DNA of 52,560 nucleotides from a virus (IMGVR_UViG_3300033148_004975:1-52560), one strand, 5' to 3'; positions 1-9,075 are shown, counted from the first letter of the stretch. The notes: generated by a model not told the origin, from the sequence alone. A program made the numbers and translations.

Positions 1-583
1 TCTTGTTTTTGGGGTTCGTACACAAGATCTAGAAAAATAATTAGAGCCGAAAATGGTTATGCAATTAGATTCTTCGCTAACGAAAATAGAAAAACTGGAT
101 ATGGAAGGGCTTGGATAATTCCACGCAAAAATGTAGAATTTATATTTAATGCATATGGAATTAGCTTATTGGAAGCTGCAAGGATATTTTCAGCACATAA
201 AGGTGTTGCGTATAATGCAATTCAACTATCGTCTTATGATGGAATATTGTATATAAATGGAAACCGTGCTTATATAGTCGGAGAATTCGCTCATATAAAT
301 GAGTATGGAGAAACATTTTATCTGTATTTCATGTGGCACTATATATGGGCGTAAAGATAGCCCATGTGAAAGAAAATATATTCATGGTGTAAAAACTCCC
401 GATGAATTTAAAGTTATTGAAAAATTTTACAATACATGTCCAAAATGTTTTAATGAGATCTTTGTAGAATGCTCTACCCATCGTAATGAATATATTCCTA
501 AAAAGTATGCTTTAAAATATCAGGGTAATTATTATGGTGATACATATTGTATAAAGGCTAATATTGATGCTATTGTTGAATAG
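1..583 (+). pseudogene. 5'-truncated paralog of the 593-1633 protein, interrupted by a frameshift/deletion near nt 310
   Basis: Frame 1 from nt 1 reads SCFWGSYTRSRKIIRAENGYAIRFFANENRKTGYGRAWIIP, nearly identical to SCFWTGREISKQIIRAENGYAIRFFANKNKKTGYGRAWIIP in 593-1633. The Cys-rich C-terminus (CISC..KFYNTCPKC..YGDTYC) continues in frame 2 (299-583). Confidence 0.7.
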
Positions 584-592
584 GAAGCATAT

Positions 593-1633
593 ATGAAAGC
601 TCCAAAATTATTTACAACAGATATCTACAAAATTAACATTCCCACTGGAGTTATTCTTGGAGAAGGAAGAAGGATTATTCAAAATTATCTTATAGATCAT
701 GGTATTCCGCCATTGCCTAATAATTGGGATTGGAACTGGAAAGTTCTTTTCGGAAAATATTGTGGAACGCTCACTAAAAGAATATCAAAATATCTATATG
801 TAGAACATCAACTAAAAATCAAACCAGAAATGTTAGCGGAAATTGGCAATATTGCCTCACAATATGTATATGATCGTGATACATATTATGTGGATTTTAC
901 AAATGATTTTAATTGGGAAGCGGGTGATTTTGGGGATAAAAATTCTTGTTTTTGGACAGGAAGAGAAATAAGCAAACAAATAATAAGAGCCGAAAATGGC
1001 TACGCAATTAGATTCTTCGCTAACAAAAATAAAAAAACTGGATATGGAAGGGCTTGGATAATTCCGTATGCAAATGTAGAATTTATGTTTAATGCATATG
1101 GAATAGGTCTACCAGAAGCGGCAAGAGTTTATTCTATATATAAGAGAGTAGCACATAATAGAATAAATCTTCACTATGATGAAATAGTATACGGCGAAAC
1201 AACCATTTGCCACAATCATGATGTATTATGTGTTAATAGAAACTATGGCTATATTATAGGTAAACTCTCTGATATAAATACATATTGTAATGATGAAAAT
1301 AAACAAATAAATATACCAATAAATAATGTACGTATTTGTGATATATGTGATGAAATATATAAAGATCAACGCGATGAAAAATTATTACATAGCTTTTCTG
1401 CATTCATGTTTCCCGAAAAAAGAGAAAAGTTATACGATAAATTTTATAATTCATGTGATCGCTGTATAGAAAAAAATTTCACAAAATGTGATTATTGTGG
1501 ATGTTACATCTTCAATCCATATGTAATTACTTCTCCAAGGAGTGGTAATTATGGAAGTCAATATTGCATGACGAAGAATGAAACAAATCGTCCTGCTGAA
1601 ATGCATTTAATTCAAAATAATTACACAAAATAA
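593..1633 (+). CDS. hypothetical phage protein with Cys-rich (CxxC) C-terminal region
   Basis: 346-aa ORF; WEAGDFGDKNSCFW and GRAW motifs; several CxxC pairs at the C-terminus. Confidence 0.75.
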   Translation: MKAPKLFTTDIYKINIPTGVILGEGRRIIQNYLIDHGIPPLPNNWDWNWKVLFGKYCGTLTKRISKYLYVEHQLKIKPEMLAEIGNIASQYVYDRDTYYVDFTNDFNWEAGDFGDKNSCFWTGREISKQIIRAENGYAIRFFANKNKKTGYGRAWIIPYANVEFMFNAYGIGLPEAARVYSIYKRVAHNRINLHYDEIVYGETTICHNHDVLCVNRNYGYIIGKLSDINTYCNDENKQINIPINNVRICDICDEIYKDQRDEKLLHSFSAFMFPEKREKLYDKFYNSCDRCIEKNFTKCDYCGCYIFNPYVITSPRSGNYGSQYCMTKNETNRPAEMHLIQNNYTK

Positions 1634-1704
1634 GGAGCTAATAAATGTAAATTACAAAATACCACACTAATACTATATATCTCACTTTTATCAGTAGGAA
1701 TTAC

Positions 1705-2727
1705 ATGAATAAAAATCTATTGACGGCCTTATATGACACATGTGTTATGAATAAGGCAGATTTTGCTAAAATTAGCAATATGGAATCACTGCTAGATGAT
1801 GGTAGACAATTGTTATTCCAAAACAACAATGCCAATATACTTGGTGTTGCACATTTAGATAGTGTATTAACATCAAGACCTAGAATAAGAAAAAGCAGAA
1901 AAAGTAATTGGATATGTGAGTGCCCACAATTAGATGATAGATTAGGGGTGTGGGTACTTCTATATGTGTTGAAAAAAATCAACATTAATATAGATATATT
2001 ACTAACTGATGATGAAGAAAAAGGAATGAGCACGGCACAATTATTTCTCCCCCCAGAAGATAAAAAATATAATTGGATTTTTGAATTTGATAGAAGGGGA
2101 ACTGATGTTGTAATGTATCAATTTGATACACCAAAATTATCCAAAATGTTAAAAGAAAATGGTTTTCGTGTTGGGTGTGGATCATTTTCTGATATTGCCG
2201 ACCTTGATCATTTAGAAATAAGTGGATTTAATTTTGGAACAGGATATTATAATGAACATACTAGACAATGCCACGCTAATCTAACCCACACCATAGATAT
2301 GGTAAATAAATTCTCCTCCTTTTATAAAAAATATAAAGATGTAAAATTTCCATACGAATATTCACCCCAAAGACAATACCGTGGATATAATTATGGCAAT
2401 TGGTGGAGGAATGATTATAACACACAAATTGCCCAACATAAACGAGGCAACAGAAGGGGGTATTATGAATCATTTGACGAATATATAATAGACAGGAGAA
2501 AAGAAGAGGAAGAAGAATATTGGGCAAGTCCAATTAAACATTGTGAAATATGTGGAGATTACGTTAAAAATTTAATAATTTTAGAAGGAGTAGTAGTATG
2601 TAGTAAATGTCATGGTGCATTTTCAATAACGACCAAAGACACAAATGAAAAGGAGGAAAAGGAAGAAGAATATTATGATGAATATAAAAATTGGAGTCAT
2701 AGTGTTGATTGGAGTAGTGGATTTTAA
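1705..2727 (+). CDS. Zn-dependent M28/M20-like peptidase with acidic/CxxC tail
   Basis: AHLDSV, LDDRLGV, DEEKG, EFDRRG, SFSDI and GYYNEHT metal-ligand motifs; AGGA RBS. Confidence 0.75.
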   Translation: MNKNLLTALYDTCVMNKADFAKISNMESLLDDGRQLLFQNNNANILGVAHLDSVLTSRPRIRKSRKSNWICECPQLDDRLGVWVLLYVLKKININIDILLTDDEEKGMSTAQLFLPPEDKKYNWIFEFDRRGTDVVMYQFDTPKLSKMLKENGFRVGCGSFSDIADLDHLEISGFNFGTGYYNEHTRQCHANLTHTIDMVNKFSSFYKKYKDVKFPYEYSPQRQYRGYNYGNWWRNDYNTQIAQHKRGNRRGYYESFDEYIIDRRKEEEEEYWASPIKHCEICGDYVKNLIILEGVVVCSKCHGAFSITTKDTNEKEEKEEEYYDEYKNWSHSVDWSSGF

Positions 2728-2758
2728 GAATGTCAGTACAATTTTAGGAGAGTGAATT

Positions 2759-3781
2759 ATGGCACATAACATTACAATTGATGAATATGGATTTGCAGAA
2801 GCGGCATATGCAAAAGAGCCCGCTTGGCACGGATTAGGAGAAATTATTGATCACCAAATGACATCGGAAGAATGTCTAAAATATGCTAGATTAGACTGGA
2901 AGGTTGTAAAGAAACCATTGGCGATTAAGGAAGAAAACGGATATTGTGATTTACCAAGTCAATATATGATTACTGTAAGAGAAGATAATGGATTACCATT
3001 AGGTCTAGTATCAAATAGATATACCATTGTACAAAACACGGAAGCTTTTGAATTTATGGATGAACTTATTGAAAACCATGAAATGAAATATGAGGCCGCA
3101 TTTTCATTAAGTGGTGGGCGACGTGTAGTTTTACTGGCTCAATTACCTAAAGTAGATTTTATAAATAAAGAAGATCCAATTTTACGATATATCCTAATGT
3201 CATTATGTCATGATGGAACTGGAGCTATTAAATTTGGGCCAACTAATGTAAGAGTAGTATGTGCTAATACACTTGCGGTTGCTGCCCGAAAGAAAGAAGT
3301 TAGAGATTTGTCAGTTGCTCATAAGGGTGATATTAAAACTAAATTGAATAAGGCTAGGCAAATCTTATCTCTAATAAATGATAGATTTGATGAAAACTCA
3401 GAAATATATCGACAATTGTCCCAAAAAAGAATCACAATGGATGAATGGAATAGGTTTCTAAATATTATTTGTCCAGAGCCCGATGAAGCCGATGCTTCAA
3501 TTACTAAGAGAACTCGCAACAAAATTATGGAAATTAGAGAATCATTAACTAGAGGATTTATTGAAGGAGAAAACCAAAACATTCCAGGAATTGAAAGAAC
3601 GGCCTGGGCAGCATATAATACTGTTACCGAATTAGTCGATCATATGCCAAGGCGAGGAAAAGATTTTTCGTCTAAAGCAGAAGCAAGATTTAATACTGTA
3701 TTATATGGGACTGGAGCTACTCATAAGGATCATGCATTAAAGACCATAGCAAATATGGTTGGGGTGCAATTAGCAGTATAG
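2759..3781 (+). CDS. DUF932/DUF945 family phage/plasmid protein
   Basis: PAWHGLG, Y.IVQN.EAF.F, HDGTGA, RVVCANTL, TAWAAYN.VTE..DH motifs; AGGAG RBS. Confidence 0.9.
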   Translation: MAHNITIDEYGFAEAAYAKEPAWHGLGEIIDHQMTSEECLKYARLDWKVVKKPLAIKEENGYCDLPSQYMITVREDNGLPLGLVSNRYTIVQNTEAFEFMDELIENHEMKYEAAFSLSGGRRVVLLAQLPKVDFINKEDPILRYILMSLCHDGTGAIKFGPTNVRVVCANTLAVAARKKEVRDLSVAHKGDIKTKLNKARQILSLINDRFDENSEIYRQLSQKRITMDEWNRFLNIICPEPDEADASITKRTRNKIMEIRESLTRGFIEGENQNIPGIERTAWAAYNTVTELVDHMPRRGKDFSSKAEARFNTVLYGTGATHKDHALKTIANMVGVQLAV

Positions 3782-3798
3782 AAACTGAAGGCTGGTTG

Positions 3799-3841
3799 GG
3801 GGTAGGTCAACAATATTATGTTGGCCTACCCCACCTTTTTT
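3799..3841 (+). terminator. Rho-independent terminator
   Basis: 14-bp stem GGGGTAGGTCAACA/TGTTGGCCTACCCC (one G-U), 6-nt loop, then ACC-T6, directly after the DUF932 stop. Confidence 0.85.
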
Positions 3842-3874
3842 ACAATATATTTGAATAGAATAACTAAAGCCCAA

Positions 3875-4444
3875 ATGTCAAAGGCTCCACAAAAAAGTTG
3901 TCCTAAATGCAATAATAAAATTCATGTTAGAAGAAAACAATGTGATTGTGGATTTGTATTTGTCAGTAAAAATAAGAATAGAAATAAAGACAAAAAGAAA
4001 AAGACCACAAATCAAAAATCAATTAAAACATATACTACGCCTGGAAGAGGCAAAAAAAGATGTCAACAATGTAAAACACTAGTTGGTGTTAGAACAAAAA
4101 TATGCCCAATATGTAAAAGTGAAATCGTATCAAAAAAGATTATTAGAGAAAATATAAAAAGAGAAATAGAAAGTCTAGATTGGAAGACACTAAGCGTTAA
4201 TGACATAATATTATCTATATCTGGTGGCCCAGTATTTGAAACAGAAGAAACATCACATAATCTTGGACACTATGGAAAATTTAAAATTAAAGAAATAGTG
4301 AATGATGGCATTTTATGTTATGGAATGGAAAAATTAAATCACGGTGTATACTATTTATATATGGGCAAGCCACGTATATCTAAGTATGGAACAAACTTAA
4401 GGCCACATAAAATAAGGGTATTAAGAAAAGCGACCAATCAATAG
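3875..4444 (+). CDS. basic protein with two double Zn-ribbon motifs
   Basis: CPKC..CDCG and GKKRCQQC..RTKICPIC. Start moved to ATG 3875 because 3818 lies inside the terminator. Confidence 0.7.
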   Translation: MSKAPQKSCPKCNNKIHVRRKQCDCGFVFVSKNKNRNKDKKKKTTNQKSIKTYTTPGRGKKRCQQCKTLVGVRTKICPICKSEIVSKKIIRENIKREIESLDWKTLSVNDIILSISGGPVFETEETSHNLGHYGKFKIKEIVNDGILCYGMEKLNHGVYYLYMGKPRISKYGTNLRPHKIRVLRKATNQ

Positions 4445-4459
4445 GCCAAACACATAATT

Positions 4460-4831
4460 ATGCGAAAATATATCAAAAAAGCTAAAAGGATATTGCACAA
4501 TTGTCCCAATAGTCAGCATGTAACATTTATTGTTAAACGAAACACAATAATATGTTACGGCGTGAATAAAAAATATAAGACAGCGCCACTAGCTAAAAAA
4601 TTTGGACATAGATTCAGCGCCATACACTCTGAATTAGCCGCAATTAAATCTTTTCCCTACCCCATTGTACAGCTCCCCTCTTTTAAAATAATAAATGTGA
4701 GAATAAAGAAGAATGGTGACGTTGGATTGTCTAAACCATGTAGACATTGCCAGACTATGTTGTGGTTTTTTAATATAAGACAAATATATTACTCAACTAA
4801 TAATGGTGGATTTCGCAAATTAATAATATAG
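4460..4831 (+). CDS. small Zn-dependent cytidine/dCMP deaminase-fold protein
   Basis: H-S-E (IHSELAAI) and PCxxC (KPCRHC) motifs. Confidence 0.8.
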   Translation: MRKYIKKAKRILHNCPNSQHVTFIVKRNTIICYGVNKKYKTAPLAKKFGHRFSAIHSELAAIKSFPYPIVQLPSFKIINVRIKKNGDVGLSKPCRHCQTMLWFFNIRQIYYSTNNGGFRKLII

Positions 4832-4974
4832 ATAACAATCTAGAAAGTAGTAATTATCTCATCCCTATCTCGCCTTTTCGTCAAGATATTCTGGTTGTAG
4901 CACACCTAACACATATCTGAATAAAATTTCCGTTCTTTTATTGTCAACAATCGTCCGTCGCATTATGAGTAAGT

Positions 4975-5205
4975 AGAGGGGATGGTTACGACATCACAGA
5001 GTTACCAAATATAGTGAATGCGTAACCTAGAATAAAGGACAACAGGATAAGGTTTTCCTCGAACCAATTAAACAAAAACACGATGATTTTGTGTTTTTGG
5101 GTTAGCTGGGGCGGTATTTGTTTATACTTACTGTCCTAGTATGGGGATTTTGTGTGCATATTTATTGGACAATTTTTTTCTAAAAAATGTCTCAAACCCC
5201 CCAAA
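4975..5205 (+). ncRNA. candidate structured RNA (cluster of abutting hairpins), family unknown
   Basis: Stems 4984-4990/5021-5027, 5073-5081/5091-5099, 5106-5116/5129-5139 (3 G-U pairs on +) and about 5143-5200; no ORF. Confidence 0.4.
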
Positions 5206-5211
5206 AGTGGT

Positions 5212-5240
5212 TTGACAAAATGCGATTTTCTCCGTATTGT
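5212..5240 (+). promoter_or_regulatory. sigma70-type promoter
   Basis: TTGACA (5212-5217), 17-nt spacer, TATTGT (5235-5240). Confidence 0.65.
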
Positions 5241-5243
5241 AAA

Positions 5244-5531
5244 ATAGATACGAAAGTATCTATGGCAGGGAGTGGGAGCAACTGGTAATTCTATAGGTGA
5301 GCGAAACGTAGTACGGAAACACGTTCCAATAAGAAATGCATAACGACGTAAATAAAAAAGAGAGGATGGTGTACGAGATGTGAGAATGATAGCAAAGTAT
5401 GAATGTAGTGAAAGCCCTCACCAAGAATAATAGGTAGTAGCTAGTGAAACAGAAATAAACATATAGAATCTAATAGTAACTAAAGTAACAATAGTAGAGG
5501 AAATAGTATATAGAAACTCTCACTCTTTTTT
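5244..5531 (+). ncRNA. candidate ~285-nt structured RNA or structured 5' leader, family unknown
   Basis: Starts just after the promoter. 8-bp GAAA-tetraloop hairpin 5244-5263; 12-bp end-closing helix 5267-5278/5517-5528 running into a T-tract; nested helices 5289-5295/5509-5515 and 5296-5301/5417-5422; no ORF. Confidence 0.5.
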
Positions 5532-5542
5532 AGGATAATATC

Positions 5543-6043
5543 ATGCACGAAATAAGGGGAGATTTTTGGGAAGAATTGCAATCTAATTACTATGATGCTG
5601 CTTGTTGCACAACAAATATGGTTTGTAAGAATAATGGCGATCTTGTAATGGGAGCTGGAATAGCTAAAGAATTTGCTGCTAAATTTCCAATGTTACCAAA
5701 AATTTGGGGAAAAGCCACCACTATAATAAAAAACGGCAAGCTTTCATCTAACTTAATAGTTGAAGATATTCGTGATTGGAATATGGATCAAACAGAACAC
5801 CCCATGTATCTAGTTTCTTTTCCTACTAAATACCATTGGAGAGAGAAAGCAGATATAACACTAATAAAAAGATCGGCACTACAATTATATACTATCTCAC
5901 AATCTCTTGGATGGATTAAAATTTTACTTCCAAAACCAGGTTGTAAAAATGGTGGCCTAAATTGGAAAAATGAAGTTAAACCAATTTTAGATACAATATT
6001 AGATGATAGATTTTGGGTAATTTCTAATTTGGAGAATAAATAA
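5543..6043 (+). CDS. macro domain (ADP-ribose binding/hydrolase, Poa1p-like) protein
   Basis: TTN...MGAGIAKEF, FPTKYHWR, PKPGCKNGGLNW. Confidence 0.85.
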   Translation: MHEIRGDFWEELQSNYYDAACCTTNMVCKNNGDLVMGAGIAKEFAAKFPMLPKIWGKATTIIKNGKLSSNLIVEDIRDWNMDQTEHPMYLVSFPTKYHWREKADITLIKRSALQLYTISQSLGWIKILLPKPGCKNGGLNWKNEVKPILDTILDDRFWVISNLENK

Positions 6044-6179
6044 TGCTATATGAAATTCTTGTAATTTACTCAGATGGATATAATTGTAGTGATGAATATT
6101 GTTATGAGCCACAGTTTGTGATTTCATTTTACAGTTATTAAAAATAACAACTAAAATCTAAATTCAAAAAAGAATTACA

Positions 6180-6473
6180 ATGAGCAAAAAGCACAAGCTA
6201 GTTAAATTATTGCGTGGTGGTACTGGTGACTATTTTGTAGAAGCTAAAAATTTCAAGCCTATTTTTGAAGCCGTTTTAACAAAGAGAAATTTTATTGGTG
6301 AACCAAAGTTAAATACCAAACGTACCAAATGCAAGAAATGTGGAGTTATCCACAAATACGATGTTGTTCATTTAACCGCAGCTAGTGGCCATAAATTGCG
6401 TGGTCAATATGAGTGGTTTAGGAAGAAAAATCCAACTAGAAATATTAGGAAGAAAAAAGATGTAGAAAATTAA
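6180..6473 (+). CDS. hypothetical basic protein
   Basis: 97-aa ORF with CKKC. Confidence 0.55.
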   Translation: MSKKHKLVKLLRGGTGDYFVEAKNFKPIFEAVLTKRNFIGEPKLNTKRTKCKKCGVIHKYDVVHLTAASGHKLRGQYEWFRKKNPTRNIRKKKDVEN

Positions 6474-6493
6474 GTAAATAAGAAATTAATAAC

Positions 6494-7328
6494 ATGTCAA
6501 GCAAAGTAAAACAATTAACAGATGCAAATCTTATTAAGCCACCTTCATTCGTATACCATAATACTATGTATGAGACCATTATGGGTAGTGTAGCATATGG
6601 TATATCTAATAATACTTCCGATATGGATATATATGGGTGGTGTATACCTCCAAAAGATATAATATTTCCACATTTAGCAGGACAAATTGATGGATTTGGT
6701 AGACAAAAAAGACGATTTGAACAATTTCAACAACATCACATTTTTAAATCTGACGAAATAGGTGGTTGTGGTCGAACATACGATATTTCTATTTACAATA
6801 TTATTAAATATTTTCAACTTTGTATGGATAATAATCCTAACATGTTAGATTCTTTATTTACGCCCCAAGAATGTGTTTTACACATTACTCAAGTTGGCAC
6901 AATGGTTCGAGAAAACAGAAGAATATTTTTACATAAAGGTTGTTGGCACAAATTTAAAGGCTATGCTTATAGTCAATTACATAAAATATCTAATAAAAAC
7001 CCACGATGAATGTGAACAAATATTACGATATGGAGATTTAGATTTACAACGTAATAAAGAACATTTAAAAGCTATTCGTAGAGGAGAAGTGTCCGAAAAA
7101 GATATCCGCAAATGGGCTTCTGATAAAGAAAAACAACTTGAAATGCTATATAATAGTGATAAATGCTCTATTCCATATTCTCCAGATGAAAATAAGATTA
7201 AAAATTTATTATTAGCATGTTTAGAACATCATTATGGTAATCTTTCTAATGTTGTTGTTGTACCAAGTAAATTTGAAATCATACTAAAGGAAATTATAGA
7301 AACGATTAGAAAATATCAATTAATCTAG
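6494..7328 (+). pseudogene. Pol-beta superfamily nucleotidyltransferase (RlaP/PF10127-like), disrupted near nt 7003
   Basis: GSVAYG..SDMDIYG NTase motif and NPNMLDSLF in 6494-7009. The C-terminal half (DECEQIL..DLDLQR..LKAIRRGE) is in another frame ending at 7328. Confidence 0.8.
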
Positions 7329-7329
7329 T

Positions 7330-7815
7330 ATGGATTATTTTGAAGATGAAACCCAAACTAAAATAAAACCACATAAAATTAATGTAGATCTATTATATAT
7401 ATGCCCATATTGTGTTTCTTACCAATGGATTGATTATTTACAAATAAAAAAGACGAGTAAATTTATTTGTGATAATTGTTATACTATTGTTAATGTTGAC
7501 CAAATAAGTAATGTATCCCTTTCCTTTTCTTCATCATCTAATAATAAAAACAATTCAAATACGACAAAAAATAATATTGACAATACTAAACCGCCTTCTT
7601 CTCCCTCAAATAATAAAAATAAACCAAAAATAAACACTCACAGTAAAGATTACCATAATACTAATGATTACACAACACTAGTATCCACATTTGTATCTTT
7701 AGGATGGAGCAAAAAACAAGCAAAAAATATTATTGATAGTGGTATAGAAAGAGGGTATAATATAAAGGACCATGAAGATTTTGTGACGAATGTGTTGGTT
7801 AATATTAACAAATGA
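7330..7815 (+). CDS. Zn-ribbon, Asn-rich linker and RuvA C-terminal-like helical domain
   Basis: CPYC..CDNC; low-complexity linker; LVSTFVSLGWSKKQAKNII resembles RuvA domain III (ALxxLGY/WxxxEA). Confidence 0.55.
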   Translation: MDYFEDETQTKIKPHKINVDLLYICPYCVSYQWIDYLQIKKTSKFICDNCYTIVNVDQISNVSLSFSSSSNNKNNSNTTKNNIDNTKPPSSPSNNKNKPKINTHSKDYHNTNDYTTLVSTFVSLGWSKKQAKNIIDSGIERGYNIKDHEDFVTNVLVNINK

Positions 7816-7889
7816 AGAAAGGCTTTATTATGGTATAAAGATGTATCCAGGAATTTTTAATTTTTCCACAAAAGAATAAAAAGGAAAAA

Positions 7890-8336
7890 ATGAAATCCGA
7901 ATGTATTTGTAAGATTTTTAACAATGGCGTTAATATTCCACAAAAATCACATTCAACAGATGTTGGTTTTGATATTCAATGTGTAAGTGATGATAAATTT
8001 AAAGACGGTTTATTTACATTAGAACCATTTAAGCCTCATCTTTTTCACACTGGAATTTTTGCTGAAATTGATGAAAAATATGGAGTTATATTTAAAGATA
8101 GAAGTGGACTAGCTAAAAACGGTTTACATATCCTAGGGGGTGTGATAGATCCTGGATATAGGGGTGAATGGAAAGTTTGCATGATCAATCTTACTAACAA
8201 TACATATGTTGTAAAAGAAGGAGATAGAATAGCACAAGCCATAATTATTCCAGTTATAAATACAACTTGGGTTAGCGTGAATGAAATATCTAAATCCGAT
8301 AGGGGTGAAAGTGGATATGGATCAACTGGTAGATAA
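7890..8336 (+). CDS. dut: dUTPase (trimeric)
   Basis: DVGFDI, RSGLA, GVIDPGYRGE, GDRIAQ, RGESGYGSTG. Confidence 0.95.
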   Translation: MKSECICKIFNNGVNIPQKSHSTDVGFDIQCVSDDKFKDGLFTLEPFKPHLFHTGIFAEIDEKYGVIFKDRSGLAKNGLHILGGVIDPGYRGEWKVCMINLTNNTYVVKEGDRIAQAIIIPVINTTWVSVNEISKSDRGESGYGSTGR

Positions 8337-8349
8337 TAATGAAAATCAA

Positions 8350-9075
8350 ATGAATAGTTCTGGACTATTAAATGGTTTGCGATGCTATTTATCTGGCCCA
8401 ATAGAAAATGCTGATGATTGTGGGGGAGAATGGAGAAAACAAATATCAGAATTCTTGCATAGTATTGGTGTATTTGTATTAGACCCGCTTAACAAACCAA
8501 TACATACTGATATAACTGAAGGAAAAGAGCTTCATAAAACATTAAAGCAATTTATAAATGATGGCGAATTTGATAAAGTTGCATCTATTATAAAAACTAT
8601 ACGTGCTATAGATTTAAGACTTTGTGATGTTTGCGATTTTGTTATAGCATATATTGACAAGAATATTAATACTTGTGGAACGTGGGAGGAAATATTTCTT
8701 TGTAACAGACAAAAGAAACCTATACTTCTCGTATGTAAGCAAGGCGTCAAAAATATCCCATTGTGGATGTTTGGAACTATTCCACACTCACATATGTTTA
8801 GCAGTTTCGATGATCTGATTCAATACTTGACACGACTACACCAGAATATTATTATTGAGAGACAAGATAGATGGAGATTTTTAGATTATACTCAACTATA
8901 TTGTACAAATAAAGAAGAAATAAACAAATGTCAAGTAAGGGATAAGAATAAAAGAAATATTTTTTATCGCATACTTGATTTCTTAATACGTAATGATATT
9001 GATTTAATAATGGTTGCCGTTCTTGTGTTTTCTTTTATTGTATATTGTATAATTTATAGTATACTTAACAATTAA
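8350..9075 (+). CDS. nucleoside 2-deoxyribosyltransferase-like protein with C-terminal TM helix
   Basis: YLSGPI..WR, DLRLCDVCDFVIA, GTWEE, KKPI; hydrophobic tail LIMVAVLVFSFIVYCIIYSIL. Confidence 0.75.
   Translation: MNSSGLLNGLRCYLSGPIENADDCGGEWRKQISEFLHSIGVFVLDPLNKPIHTDITEGKELHKTLKQFINDGEFDKVASIIKTIRAIDLRLCDVCDFVIAYIDKNINTCGTWEEIFLCNRQKKPILLVCKQGVKNIPLWMFGTIPHSHMFSSFDDLIQYLTRLHQNIIIERQDRWRFLDYTQLYCTNKEEINKCQVRDKNKRNIFYRILDFLIRNDIDLIMVAVLVFSFIVYCIIYSILNN

Noticed and set aside
1-1140. DGR template/variable repeat pair (1-190 versus 944-1135)
   Set aside because: Differences are not adenine-specific, both copies are coding paralogs, and no reverse transcriptase is in the window.
3818-3874. 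Track start codon at 3818
   Set aside because: It lies within the terminator hairpin; ATG 3875 is more plausible.
5244-5531. RNase P RNA or tmRNA (AGTGAAACAGAAA and GAGGAAA look like RNase P motifs)
   Set aside because: The motifs are in the wrong order and P4 partners are absent; there is no tRNA-like acceptor/T-arm or CCA end for tmRNA.
6873-7009. Programmed ribosomal frameshift in the nucleotidyltransferase
   Set aside because: An A-run (TAAAAAC) is present, but a conserved segment seems to be missing, which fits a deletion better. Not fully excluded.
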